64,000 nucleotides of DNA from assembly GCA_963715985.1 (NCBI GenBank), contig CAVQSP010000017.1, forward strand, positions 32,001-96,000, written 5' to 3'. Shown here one piece after another: positions 19,366 to 33,628 of this stretch; the stretch's first letter is position 1; each line of letters starts with the position of its first letter. A program made the position numbers and the translations under genes. This stretch comes from an uncultured Thermoleophilia bacterium (GTDB lineage Bacteria > Actinomycetota > Thermoleophilia > UBA2241). The notes under the pieces are model-generated. The model was not told the DNA's origin and did not search any database. It saw nothing but the letters and a program-made list of their open reading frames with translations.

Positions 19366-20628
19366 TCAGGCCGCGTGCACCTCATCGTGCGGCTGCGCGG
19401 CGGGCTCCGTCGGCTTCGCCTTCTCCGCCCGCCTCGCCACCGCGAGGAGCGGGACCCCCACTGCTTGCGTGAGGCCGCCGACCAGCCATGCGGCCGGGAT
19501 CGAGACGGCCTGGGAGAGCCAGCCCAATCCGACCTGGCCCACGGTCGAACCTGCGTCGCCGAACAGCGCGTCCAGGGAGATGATCGTGGCGCGCTCCTCC
19601 GACGGGATGTGCGCGTTGAGCCATCCCTGCTTCACCGGCATCGCGATCCCGAACGCCGCGGTCGAGAGCAGGTAGAGCGGCACCGCGATCCAGAACTGCT
19701 GCACGAGCGCGGCGCCGATGATCGCCGCCGTCGAGACACCGGTACAGACCATGAGGATCAGCCCGCGATCGGAGACCCGTCTGGTGAGGGGTCCGACCAG
19801 GGCGTTGCCGAGGATCTGCGTCAGCCCGACCAGCGCGGCGATGACCCCGGTCACCCACACGAGGTCCTGCCCGAGCAGGTCGAGGAAGTACTTCTGCCAC
19901 GAGTAGAAGCCGTACATGAAGAAGACGCTCTGCACCAGCGTCGCCAGCATGATGAAGCGCACCACGCGGTCGCGCAGGCCATACGTGACGCCCGCCGTGG
20001 CGATGCGGCGCGTCTCGTGAGCGAAGCTCCCGAGCGTGAGCTCTCGGCCTGCGAACCCCAGATCGCGCATCACCAGCAGACCGAGAAGGAAGGCGGGGAC
20101 GAGGACGGCGGCCCGCGCCGCGTACAGGATCCAGAGGTCGATCTGCCCCAGGAAGCCGCCCACGGTGGTGCCGACGAGCATGAAGGCGCCGAAGACCATG
20201 CCGTAGCGGGCGAAGATGGGCTCGAGCTTGCCCGGATAGTCGACCGACTGCAGGGCGTCGACCATCCACGCGTCCACGGCGCCGGTGTAGAAGGTGTAGC
20301 CGATGCCGAGCAGGGCCGAGGCGACGGCGAACGGCCCGACTCCCAGGCCGGCCAGTCCGAACCACATGTACAGGAGCGTCGAGAGGAAGATGATGCCGAC
20401 GGCGAGCAGGTACGACACGCGACGCCCCAGCGTGTCCGCGACCACCCCGGTCGGCACCTCGAAGAACGCCTGCGTGACGGTGTAGGCGGCGTTCACGAGC
20501 ATGACCTGGAAGATGTCGAGGCCGACGGACAGCAGGAAGAGGGTGTTGATGCCCCAGATCAGCGACTGCGCCAGCGTCGTGCTGGCGGCGATGCCGAGGT
20601 AGGTACGGATGATGCGGCGTGCGGTCAT
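19366..20628 (-). CDS. MFS transporter
   Basis: FEVPTGVVADTLGRR motif; about 12 TM segments. Confidence 0.9.
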   Translation of the reverse strand: MTARRIIRTYLGIAASTTLAQSLIWGINTLFLLSVGLDIFQVMLVNAAYTVTQAFFEVPTGVVADTLGRRVSYLLAVGIIFLSTLLYMWFGLAGLGVGPFAVASALLGIGYTFYTGAVDAWMVDALQSVDYPGKLEPIFARYGMVFGAFMLVGTTVGGFLGQIDLWILYAARAAVLVPAFLLGLLVMRDLGFAGRELTLGSFAHETRRIATAGVTYGLRDRVVRFIMLATLVQSVFFMYGFYSWQKYFLDLLGQDLVWVTGVIAALVGLTQILGNALVGPLTRRVSDRGLILMVCTGVSTAAIIGAALVQQFWIAVPLYLLSTAAFGIAMPVKQGWLNAHIPSEERATIISLDALFGDAGSTVGQVGLGWLSQAVSIPAAWLVGGLTQAVGVPLLAVARRAEKAKPTEPAAQPHDEVHAA

Positions 20629-20753
20629 GGTCTGGTGTTCCCGCACGCCCCCGAACCCTACCGGCGCGCACACAGGCATCACCAACGCGCAGTAAGGGAA
20701 CAAAGGCCTACCGGTACCGGGCAGGGCCTCGCCGGCCGCCGGGGAGCGTAGCC

Positions 20754-24403
<3,650 letters not shown>

Positions 24404-24407
<4 letters not shown>

Positions 24408-25414
24408 GCCGGCTGGCCACGACCTACCTCGGCCTCGAGTTGCGCAGCCCGCTCGTGGCCTCCGCGAGTCCGTTCACCCGGCAACCGGAGAGCGCCCTGC
24501 GGCTGCAGGAGGCAGGCGCCGCCGCCGTCGTCCTGCCGTCGCTCTTCGAGGAAGAGGTCGTGAGCGAGGAGCTCGAGCTCAGCCGGGCGCTCGAGCAGGG
24601 CGCCGAGAACTTCGCCGAGGCGCTCGACTACTTCCCGGCGGTGGACGCCTTCGAGAGCACCGCCGACCGCTACCTCGCGAACATCGGCAAGACGAAGGAG
24701 CGGCTGGACGTGCCCGTCATCGCCAGCCTCAACGCGACCTCGAGCGGCGGCTGGGTGCGCTACGCGAGGCTGATCGAAGAAGCCGGAGCCGACGCGCTGG
24801 AGCTGAATCTCTACAGGCTCGCGGCCGACCCCGCGCGTTCCGGGACGGCGATGGAGGCCGGCGACCTCGAGGTGATCCGGCGTGTGAGGGAGTCGACCGG
24901 ACTGCCGCTCGCGGTGAAGATCTCGCCCTACTACTCGGCCCTGGCCAACTTCGCCCTCGGCGTGGCGGACGCGGGGGCGGACGGACTCGTGCTCTTCAAC
25001 CGCTTCTACCAGCCGGACCTCGACGCCGATGCTCGCGAAGTCGTGCCGCGGCTCGAGCTCAGCCAGCCGTGGGAGCTGCGGCTGCCGCTGCGCTGGATCG
25101 CCATCCTGCGCTCGCACCTCGCCGGACGCGCCTCCCTCGCCGCGTCGAGCGGTGTCGGCACCGGCATCGACGCGGCCAAGGCGCTGCTGGTGGGCGCCGA
25201 CGTGGCGATGATGACGTCGGCCGTCCTCCGCCACGGGCGCGAGCATTTCTCGACGGTGGAGAATGAGCTCGTGCAGTGGATGGACGCCAACGAGTACGCC
25301 TCGGTCGAGGAGCTCCGCGGCAGCGTGAGCTATGCCGCCAGCGACGACCCGTCGGCCTTCGAGCGCGCCAACTACCTCAAGACGCTGCACTCCTGGAACC
25401 CGACGCAAGCATGA
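24404..25414 (+). CDS. Dihydroorotate dehydrogenase-like protein
   Basis: TTYLGLELRSPLVASASP, LFNRFYQPD, FERANY; translationally coupled to nifJ. Confidence 0.9.
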
Positions 25415-25712
25415 CGGCTCGTTCAGCTGCCGACCCCTGGGCTCGCCCGCCTCGCCGGCACCACGCACGGCGTCACGTGGCAGCAGCCGCTGCTCTGAGT
25501 TCGGCCCGCTTGGCGGCGTCATCCGCGCAGCCGGCCGACCGGGCGTCCTCGGTCGGGCGGCCGCCCCAACGCTCGGGACCCCCCCGGTCCAAGCCTGGAC
25601 CGTTGTCACACGGGACTCCTGAGACGCGCAGGCGGGCACACCGGCGGCGAGGCGATGACGAACGTCGGCAACCGCTCACGCTGAGGGTCGTGGATGGGAT
25701 CAGTCCCGGCGT

Positions 25713-25880
25713 CTACGCCCGCCCGCATGGCACGTGATGCAGTCCGTGAGCCGGGAGAGCGACAGACTTGCCGTCGTGCTCGGACTGCACGCCGGCTGGT
25801 GTGTGGGCGTGACAGCCGAGGCAGGCGGAGGTGCTGGTGCCGTCGGGGTGACACGTCTGGCAGGTGGCCTTACGCTGATC
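25713..25880 (-). pseudogene. Multiheme cytochrome c C-terminal remnant
   Basis: CQTCH, CLGCH and (shifted frame) CITCH; no signal peptide or clear start. Confidence 0.7.
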
Positions 25881-25996
25881 GTTGTCGTGACGACCCCCCA
25901 CCGACGGCGTCACCAAGGTGCGGGGCGCGTGGGGATGCTGTCCTATAGATCTCGCACCCGGCTCGCGTGAGGCGGTCGGGCGATCAAGGAGAGGAC

Positions 25997-26335
25997 ATGG
26001 CGCTTCTCAAGGCAGCCGTTGAGGCGGACGTCCCGATCCGGTTCGCCGACGAGGTGTGGAGCGAGTTCATCCGGCGCTCCACGTACGGAAGCTACGCCAA
26101 GGGTTTTGCCGATGTGGCCGCGGCGCTGTCCGAGATCGACGCCGAGGACGGGACAGTGACGTTCGAGACCGCGACTGACCGGCTGGTCAGGGTCTCGGTC
26201 GAGCTCGAGTACGTACCCCGCGCCGGCGGTGGCGCCGCCGCGGAGATCGCCCGGGCACAGACGGTCCTGGAGCACGACCTCGAGAACTACCGCGTCTTCC
26301 TCATGCGGCGATGGGACCAGGAGACCTCTCGGTAG
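25997..26335 (+). CDS. Hypothetical protein (degenerate SRPBCC-like)
   Basis: RBS AGGAGAGG; VEADVPIRFADEVW..LEHDLENYR. Confidence 0.65.
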   Translation: MALLKAAVEADVPIRFADEVWSEFIRRSTYGSYAKGFADVAAALSEIDAEDGTVTFETATDRLVRVSVELEYVPRAGGGAAAEIARAQTVLEHDLENYRVFLMRRWDQETSR

Positions 26336-26947
26336 ACCCGGACGATCACCGACCTGCCACGCTGGGCGTCACGGTTCGGCGACCGTCTGAGTGGGTGCGG
26401 GTCGCTGTCTGGTCTGGAGCCGCAGTCGGCGCTGAATGGTGGACCCGAGCGCAGGCGCGTCTACACTCGCGCCCGGCGATGCGCGCGCGGGGCCTTGGCG
26501 GTGACCTGCGGCAGGGCCATCGGGCGCCGCGCGCCAGACTCGCAGTGATGAGCCAGAGCGGCGCGACGACCGCCAGGCCGGCGATGCCGCCACCGATGAT
26601 GGCGGCCGACTTGCCCATCCGGCCCGTTTCGTTCGCGCTCATGAGTCCCCCTCGATGATCCCGTCTCCGCGTGGCGGCGCCGCGCGATGGAGTCATCACG
26701 GACGACCCTCCGAGGGCATCATTGCGCTCGGGCCGGCGTCGTCTCGCGGCCGACTCTGCCCAAGCCGTGTGAGCATCCGGTCACCTCCGTCGGCCCCAAT
26801 CCGTCCGGGCGACTGCGGTCACATCGGCACATCGCCCGCAACGAGGCTGGCGGCTGCCTCCGAAGAGGGGTGGGCAGGCTGGTCAGGCATGCCGTCTCCT
26901 CAGACCCGTGGCGAGATGTCTGCCTGCACCGCGTCAGACCCGCGCGG

Positions 26948-27685
26948 TCACTCTGCCGTGCCGGCCGCCATGGCGCGGAAGATCGGCCAGACTTCCGCAA
27001 ACGCCTCGTCGGCGCGTTGCTCGATCTCGGCGACGCGCCGACGCATCTCCGTGACTCCGGAGTCCTCGTTCAGGTACTTGAGATTGACCGCGACATCGAC
27101 GTCTCCGCCGCGCACGCCGGTCATGGCCGTCTGCACGGCGACGGCAAGCTCGCTCGCGGCGGCGGCGTTGAAGCCGGCGCTGAGCGCGCGCGCCAGCTCG
27201 AGGACTTCGAGACAGGCCTGCGCGGCGGCAAGCGGCACGTGCGCCGCCCTCAGTCTGGCCGCGGCGATGGCGGCATCGCGCGCCGCGATCTGCTCCGCGG
27301 TATCCTTGGGCAGATGGTGGGCCTCGGCGACGGCGAGATAGGCGTCGGTGTCGGCGTCGACGGCCCTGAGTAGCCTCGCCCTCAGCATCTCGGCGGCAAC
27401 ACAGGTGGACTCCAGCTCCTGCCCGGCGCCCACGACGCCGACCTTGGCGACCGTCAGCCGGCACACCATGCCGACGAGCGCGGCGGCCATCGCGCCCGAG
27501 TAGGCGGCGACGCTTCCGCCTCCGGCTCGCGGCAGTGGTTCCCCGACCTGGTCCGCGAAATCGCTCAGCGTGAGGTCGACCAGTCTCGCCTCGGCAAGGT
27601 CCGCCGCCGGCTCGGCCGTAGGATCCAGCCGGTCCGCAGCGATCTCGTCTCTGTCCGCTCTGACTCCGCGCATCATGGGCTCCAT
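26948..27685 (-). CDS. Formiminotetrahydrofolate cyclodeaminase/cyclohydrolase family protein
   Basis: GGGSVAAYSGAMAAALVGMVCRLT, DADTDAY, VAVNL. Confidence 0.85.
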   Translation of the reverse strand: MEPMMRGVRADRDEIAADRLDPTAEPAADLAEARLVDLTLSDFADQVGEPLPRAGGGSVAAYSGAMAAALVGMVCRLTVAKVGVVGAGQELESTCVAAEMLRARLLRAVDADTDAYLAVAEAHHLPKDTAEQIAARDAAIAAARLRAAHVPLAAAQACLEVLELARALSAGFNAAAASELAVAVQTAMTGVRGGDVDVAVNLKYLNEDSGVTEMRRRVAEIEQRADEAFAEVWPIFRAMAAGTAE

Positions 27686-28033
27686 GCTCAGCGCACATCG
27701 CGCGTGGTGCCGTCAACCGAGTATGTACCCGCGCGGGAGATGATCGCCTCACACCTGGTCGGCGGCCACAAACGTGTGCAGCTGCCGGCCTCGGCAGCGG
27801 GTGCGGGGTCGGAGCGAAGGATCGCGTGGCTCGCGGGCCCTGGAAGGGCCGCGGGCGCGTCCACGTCGTGCGAGGCCGAGGAGTGGAGCATCGTGGCGCC
27901 GATCGTCGGATGCGCGAGCTCCAGCACCTCAGGCGGAAGCGGCAGCAACGGCGGCGGCATGGGTGGGGGGCAGCTCCGGACGGGACGCCTCTGGGTCGAT
28001 CGGCGAACGCGTCTCCTCGAGCGCGCGGCTCCG

Positions 28034-28483
28034 TCAGGTCGCTTGTCCAGTGTCGATCGCGCTGCGCTCGCCCTTCGCCTTGAGCTCGATCCGCTGCGGT
28101 TCGACCTCTGCGGCCTTGGGCACGCGCACTTCGACCACGCCGTCTTCGTAGGTCGCCTCGATGTCGTCGCGCTTCACGCTGCGGGGCAATGAGATGCTGC
28201 GCTGGAACGCGCCGTAGTGCCACTCCGTGCTCTGGTACTGCTCCGTGTCGAGCGTCTCGTCCTGGTGCCGCTCGCCCTTGATCGTGAGCACATCGTCTTC
28301 GAGCTCGACGTGCACGTCCTCAAGCTTCATGCCGGCCAGCTCCACCTTCAGCACGTAGGCTGCGGGCGTGTCGATGATGTCGACCGCCGGCATCCAGCTG
28401 CGCTCGATGGCCGAGCCGAACATGCGGTAGAGACGCTGAAGGCTCGCAGCATCCTGGTACGGTTCCCACCTGACGACTGGCAT
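28034..28483 (-). CDS. Hsp20/alpha-crystallin small heat shock protein
   Basis: WMPAVDI, LTIKGER, YGAFQRSISLP, ATYEDGVVEVRVPK. Confidence 0.92.
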   Translation of the reverse strand: MPVVRWEPYQDAASLQRLYRMFGSAIERSWMPAVDIIDTPAAYVLKVELAGMKLEDVHVELEDDVLTIKGERHQDETLDTEQYQSTEWHYGAFQRSISLPRSVKRDDIEATYEDGVVEVRVPKAAEVEPQRIELKAKGERSAIDTGQAT

Positions 28484-28579
28484 GTCAGATCCTCCTTCTC
28501 GTTTCACTTTCGCGTGTGCGTTGTCGCGACGGTCCTTGCCTCATGCAAGGGCGCGCCGAGTCCGGACTGAGACCGATCC

Positions 28580-28921
28580 TCAGCTCCGCGGCGTGCGCGT
28601 GCGCCAGTGGAACAGCGCCCCGAGGGCCATGCCGAGGAGCATGCCGAGGACGGCGGAGAAGATCACCAGCCAGACCAGCGAGACCGACGAGGAACCGACG
28701 ACCCAGCTGACGTCGACGCGGCCCGTGTTGGCGATCACGAGCGCGATCAGGACCACAAGCAGGCCGACCGCCAGACCTGCGTAGAGGTAGAGGCGAGTCC
28801 GATGCGCCTTGCGGGCGAAGCGCGCGCCACGCGACTCGCCCGTGGGCTCTGCAGCGACGACGGCTACTGCTGGACGATCGGCCGCGTACGGCTGGGCGGT
28901 GAGTGGTTCAGTGATCTCCAT
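28580..28921 (-). CDS. LapA/DUF1049 family membrane protein
   Basis: LIALVIANTGRVDVSW..VIFSAVLG. Confidence 0.75.
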   Translation of the reverse strand: MEITEPLTAQPYAADRPAVAVVAAEPTGESRGARFARKAHRTRLYLYAGLAVGLLVVLIALVIANTGRVDVSWVVGSSSVSLVWLVIFSAVLGMLLGMALGALFHWRTRTPRS

Positions 28922-29149
28922 CTTCCCCTCCATCTGGGGTGACTGCGACGGTGCCCACAGCGAAGAAGGGAGAAGCATCAGGTGGTATGCGGTGATGCCG
29001 TCCGGTGCCGCGAGACCGTCTCATGGGGGTAGGGCCGGGACAGCGTCACGAGAGGCAGCCGACGTCATCGGGGGCGGGCGAGAACCCGTATACAGGACCT
29101 TCCCCTGCACGCAGAAGCTCAACCGCGTTGGCACGCACCCGCCGGCGCG

Positions 29150-30019
29150 TCATTCTCTCGATGCGGCCTTCCGAAGACGCTCGCGGAAGCGCAGGACCTG
29201 GGCTGGCCCCCAGTCGCCGTGGTCGTTGGTCCAGCCCTCCAGATCCATGAAGTAGCGTGATGCGTCGGCGGTCCCGTGTCCGGCGACGTCACCGATGGGG
29301 ATGTCGAAGCGATACTGAAGCCAGCGGACGAGATCTACGCCGGCGTCGATCTGTCGCCGGCGGCCGAAGATGTGGTCCACCGCAGCCGCGTCGCCGCCGG
29401 TTCCCTCCTCGACGAACTCGATGCCGATGGCGACGTGGTTGAGGCCGATGGTGTGTCGGCCGCGCACGTCCAGAGGTAGCAGCTGGTAGATGGTCCCGTC
29501 CTTGTCGATGATGAAGTGCGTCACCGTGCCGGGAAGCTCGCCGACGTTGGGCTGGTTCGACGCGAACGTGTCCCAGGCCGCCTGCATGGTGCCGCCCGCG
29601 GTGTAGTGCAGAACGATGGCCCTGGGCGCCAGGACGGTGCTGTAGTCGCCGTAGTGGCGCTGCGAGTAGGCGGCCATCTGCTGCAGGCGCTCGGCGCCGA
29701 GGTGGATAGGCTTCTGAACGATGGCCGGGCGCGGCGGGGCGCCGGGCGACGTATCGTCGGTCGGCGCAGCGACGGGCGAAGCTGCCGCGACGGTCGGAGA
29801 CGGCAGCCAAGCGGGACTCGAGGGCGCGGGCGTGGCCGATGGCGAGACCCTGACGGCCGAGGCGGTCGGCTTCTCACCACCCCGCAGCGCCGGGATCACG
29901 GCGAAGTAGAAGAGCAGGAAGCTGAGGCAGCCGGCGCCGATCACCAGGGCGATGAGCCGTTGTTGCCGTACGTGCGCGCGCACAGCCTCCCTGCGCTCGT
30001 CCCGGTCGTCGTCGCGCAC
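29150..30019 (-). CDS. Membrane-anchored N-acetylmuramoyl-L-alanine amidase (Amidase_2)
   Basis: IVLHYT, HFIIDKDGTIYQL, HTIGLN..IGIE. Confidence 0.85.
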   Translation of the reverse strand: MRDDDRDERREAVRAHVRQQRLIALVIGAGCLSFLLFYFAVIPALRGGEKPTASAVRVSPSATPAPSSPAWLPSPTVAAASPVAAPTDDTSPGAPPRPAIVQKPIHLGAERLQQMAAYSQRHYGDYSTVLAPRAIVLHYTAGGTMQAAWDTFASNQPNVGELPGTVTHFIIDKDGTIYQLLPLDVRGRHTIGLNHVAIGIEFVEEGTGGDAAAVDHIFGRRRQIDAGVDLVRWLQYRFDIPIGDVAGHGTADASRYFMDLEGWTNDHGDWGPAQVLRFRERLRKAASRE

Positions 30020-30045
30020 GTCTGCTCCTCAGCCGTCCACGTGGT

Positions 30046-31056
30046 TCAGATGTCGCCGACCGTCCAGTCGTGACGCAGGCCAAAGCGGGCCGCCAGCGGG
30101 TTGAAGCTGTTCACGAAGCGGCCCTTCCAGGCGCCCGCGCGGTCGTTGTCCGGTCCGGCAGCGCTCTGGCTGCCCGACCCGTTGACCCAGTCGAGGTAGT
30201 GCTCGTCGGCGGCGATCGAGTACTGCATCGCCTTGATGAACGCGGCGCGGCTGCGCCGCGCCGCGCCGTCGCTCGTCTGGGGAAGTGCCTGAAGCCGTTC
30301 CAGCACGCTCTGCCGGTTGTCGATCACGTCCTGGATCGTGGCAGCGGCCTCGCTGCGGGACATGGTGTGGTCACCGTAGCCGGTGGTAGCCCGGGCGATA
30401 CCGTGCCTGCCCTTCCCGGCCTGCCGCGCCAGGTCTTCCAGGTTCTGCACCAAAGCCGGTAGTCCGGAGTCGCTCGAGGGGGTGGGTGAGGGGGTCGGCG
30501 AGGGAGTGGGCGACGCCGAGGAAGGCGTCGGGGACGGCGTTGTGCTGGGTGTCGGCGTGGGTGTGAGAGAGAGATCGCCGGTCGTCCCGGGAGGCACGCC
30601 GCCGTCGTGGAGCAGCAGGAAGGCCAGGCCGCCGCCCACCGCCAGGGCGGCGAGGAGGGCGAGAACCAGGAGCAGTGGACGCCCACGGGAGCGACCCGCC
30701 GGGGGGTCGCCGGCGCTCGGCGATGGGGGCACCGAGGCGGACGGCGGAGGGGACGCGGACGCGTGGGTGCCGGGCGGCGCCGGGCCATGAACGGCGGGAC
30801 CGGACGGCGACGGGCCGACAGCGGAGCGACCCCGCGGGACGACAACGGTCGCGGCCGGCTCAGGCCTGAGCGATCCGCAGCCGTGACAGAATCGGATGGC
30901 ACCACTGTTCTGAACGCCGCAGGCGGCGCACGTCCAGGGCTCGGGGGGCGGCGCCGGAGGCTCAACGGCGGTCGCGTCACGGACGGCGGCGCCGCAATGG
31001 ATGCAGTGCGCCGCGTCGACGGGCACTGCGCTCCCACAGGCGTGACAGACCGCCAT
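30046..31056 (-). CDS. Double zinc-ribbon membrane protein with Pro/Ser/Thr linker
   Basis: Four CxxC pairs, one TM, extracytoplasmic helical domain. Confidence 0.75.
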   Translation of the reverse strand: MAVCHACGSAVPVDAAHCIHCGAAVRDATAVEPPAPPPEPWTCAACGVQNSGAIRFCHGCGSLRPEPAATVVVPRGRSAVGPSPSGPAVHGPAPPGTHASASPPPSASVPPSPSAGDPPAGRSRGRPLLLVLALLAALAVGGGLAFLLLHDGGVPPGTTGDLSLTPTPTPSTTPSPTPSSASPTPSPTPSPTPSSDSGLPALVQNLEDLARQAGKGRHGIARATTGYGDHTMSRSEAAATIQDVIDNRQSVLERLQALPQTSDGAARRSRAAFIKAMQYSIAADEHYLDWVNGSGSQSAAGPDNDRAGAWKGRFVNSFNPLAARFGLRHDWTVGDI

Positions 31057-31352
31057 GGCGCCTCCAGAGAGGAAGGTGGACCTCCTCTTCTACGGTACTC
31101 TCGCGCGGGGCCGGACACTAGTGGCGGGACTGCCTACTACTACGCATCGTGGCACTGGGAGTTCCTGCCGAGGGTCTCGGCCTTGCCGTCATCCGTCGAC
31201 GGGATCGCCAGATCCGACGAGTCCACCCCTGATCTGTCGGCTCTGGCGATCCTGACAGTGGTCTGCCGTTCGCGTCGCATCCACCACGGCCCGGAGTCAC
31301 TGAGTCGAACCTGGGCGGAATCGCGATCGCCGGGAAAGGGGTATGTGTGCGC

Positions 31353-31742
31353 ATGGATCTCGATAGCCGTACAGCTCAGCTCTGCCTTGAAGGCACCCAG
31401 GCCGAGTTCGAGCGTCGCATCGACGATGCCCGCGGGCTGTTCCTGGCCGCGTGGGAGGCCCGCGCCGATGACTACGACGCGGCGATGGCCGCGCACTACG
31501 TCGCCCATCTCGAGTCAGATCCCGACGAAGCTCTGCGCTGGCACCTCCTCGCGCTCGGACATGCGCAGATGGACGAGCGCTCGGCGGAGTTCATGGGTTC
31601 GCTCCTCGTGAGCCTCGGCGGCGCGTATGAGGCGATCGGCGACGCCGCCGAGGCCAAGCGCTTCTTCGAGCTCGCGTCGCACCACGGCGTGCAGCACGTC
31701 GCGGGAGAGCAGCCGGCCGTGGCGCATCCGCCCAACAGGTGA
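31353..31742 (+). CDS. Hypothetical helical (TPR-like) protein
   Basis: ARGLFLAAWE..AAHYVAH..SLLVSLG. Confidence 0.65.
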   Translation: MDLDSRTAQLCLEGTQAEFERRIDDARGLFLAAWEARADDYDAAMAAHYVAHLESDPDEALRWHLLALGHAQMDERSAEFMGSLLVSLGGAYEAIGDAAEAKRFFELASHHGVQHVAGEQPAVAHPPNR

Positions 31743-31786
31743 TCGTGTCCCAGAGGCTGCTGCGTTGTGTATCGACTGGAAGGGAC

Positions 31787-32755
31787 TCAGGAGGTCCGCG
31801 CGGGGCAATCAGGAGCCGCGGAGTCGCTCAGGGCGCGCTCCCACAGGTCCCAGCGCTTGACCACCCTCATCCCCACGCGCCGGTAGAGTGCGGTGGCCCC
31901 CGTCGCGTTCTCCGCGTCGACGGCCAGGACCACGTGCCGGACCCCGCGAGCGGCGAACGCGGCGAACGCGTGGCGAAGGAGGGCCGCTCCGATCCCGCGG
32001 CTCCGGGCGGGGGCCAGCACGCCGAGGAGGTCCACCCAGCCACGGTCCCCCAGGACGCTCGCGGTGAGCGCCCCGACCGGCTCTCCATCCTCTCTCGCCA
32101 GCAGCCACAGCGTCGGGTCGTAGCTCAGACGCTGGGTCTGTTCCTCGGCCCAGCTGTCGAACGGTTCCGGATGATGGCCCCAGTGGTCCGCGAACGCCTC
32201 GTTCTCGACGGCGTGGATGACCGCCAGATCGTCCGGCGGCCGCATCGGGGCGATGTCGATCCCCTCCGGCGTGGGGCCCGGGTCGACCTGTCCCGTGAGC
32301 TCGATCTGCATGTGCCAGAAGTGACGGACGGGTCGCAGGCCGCGGGCCCGCAGCATGGCGGCCGCGGCACCGTCGCCGGCGTTGATCGCGTGGCGGAACC
32401 GGATCGTCGGATGTCCGGGCAGCAGCCGGGCCGCGCGCTCCTCGATGCGGCTCAGGAGTGAGGAGCCGAGCCCGCGACCGCGATACCCGGGATGGACGAC
32501 TCCCCAGGAGGCGGCGACGTCGGGCTCCTCGCGCATGACCTGCCCGTATCCCAGGATCGTCCCGGCGTCGTCGACCACGACCCAGGCGTCGGTGGCGAGA
32601 TCGAAGCCGACCCGGTCCCACTGGGCGCGGAGGAAGCCCTCGTCGAGGACGACCTGCCCGGCATCGTCGAGGTCGTCGGCCACGAGCACCTCGGTCACCT
32701 GTGCGAAGTCATCCGGGGTCGGTGCGCGCAGCTGGTATCCGGCGGGGAGGCCCAT
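31787..32755 (-). CDS. Tandem GNAT acetyltransferase (MshD-like)
   Basis: VHPGYRGRGLG and RSRGIG motifs; VDAENATGATALY. Confidence 0.88.
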   Translation of the reverse strand: MGLPAGYQLRAPTPDDFAQVTEVLVADDLDDAGQVVLDEGFLRAQWDRVGFDLATDAWVVVDDAGTILGYGQVMREEPDVAASWGVVHPGYRGRGLGSSLLSRIEERAARLLPGHPTIRFRHAINAGDGAAAAMLRARGLRPVRHFWHMQIELTGQVDPGPTPEGIDIAPMRPPDDLAVIHAVENEAFADHWGHHPEPFDSWAEEQTQRLSYDPTLWLLAREDGEPVGALTASVLGDRGWVDLLGVLAPARSRGIGAALLRHAFAAFAARGVRHVVLAVDAENATGATALYRRVGMRVVKRWDLWERALSDSAAPDCPARTS

Positions 32756-32909
32756 GCCGGCAGGGTACCCCGAAGTCCTCACCTCGTCATCAGCGCTTCG
32801 GCCGGCGGCAGACGGTCAAAGCTCTGGCCGCCGCCTCAGAGGTCTTCGCCGCTCCGCGTGGCCGGACCGGAGGCCTTGGGGCCTGCGCGCCCGGCCGGTC
32901 GGCGCTGCG

Positions 32910-33446
32910 TCAGACCACGGATGCCGGCGCTGCGGTGTCGTCGGCGAGCGCCGCCGCCTCCGCGTGGACGTCGCCGAGCACGTCCTCCAGCAGCTCCATG
33001 GCCTCGTCCTCGCCGATGTCGCGTGCGTACATGAGCTCGCTCGCGAGGATCCTCTTGGCCTTGGTGAACATCTGCTTCTCGCCGGTGGGAAGGTCCTTGT
33101 CGGCGTGGCGGATGGACAGGTTGCGGACCACTTCGGCGACCTCGAAGACGTCGCCGGTCTTGAGCTTCCCGAGGTTGTGCTTGTAGCGATGGCTCCAGCC
33201 CGCGGGCATCTCCGAGAGGTCGCCGCGCAGGACCTCGAGCACCTCGTCGACGACGTCGGCCCCGATGACTCTGCGCAGACCGGCGCGGTCGGCGTTCTCG
33301 ACCGGGACCATGACGGTCATGTGGTTGTGAAGGATCTGGATGGTGAGGTAGTCCCGCTGCCGGCCGCGGACCTCCCGCTGCTCGATCCTCGTGACCGTGC
33401 CGGCGCCATGCTGCGGATACACGACTTCGTCTCCGACTGAGTACAT
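32910..33446 (-). CDS. carD: CarD family transcription factor
   Basis: VGDEVVYPQHGAG, WSHRYK, ILASEL. Confidence 0.92.
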   Translation of the reverse strand: MYSVGDEVVYPQHGAGTVTRIEQREVRGRQRDYLTIQILHNHMTVMVPVENADRAGLRRVIGADVVDEVLEVLRGDLSEMPAGWSHRYKHNLGKLKTGDVFEVAEVVRNLSIRHADKDLPTGEKQMFTKAKRILASELMYARDIGEDEAMELLEDVLGDVHAEAAALADDTAAPASVV

Positions 33447-33628
33447 CTCTCAGCCCTCCCTGCCATTCGTACTGGGCGCCCTTGCGGCCGGCTACCATGG
33501 CACGCCCTCGGCACGAGGGAGGCGACGACTCCGCACACGCGGCGGTCTCACTTCTGCCTGCTATTGTACAGGAAACGCTCGCACGATGCATGCGGACGCA
33601 AGAGTCCGACGGCACGCGATCACGTGAT

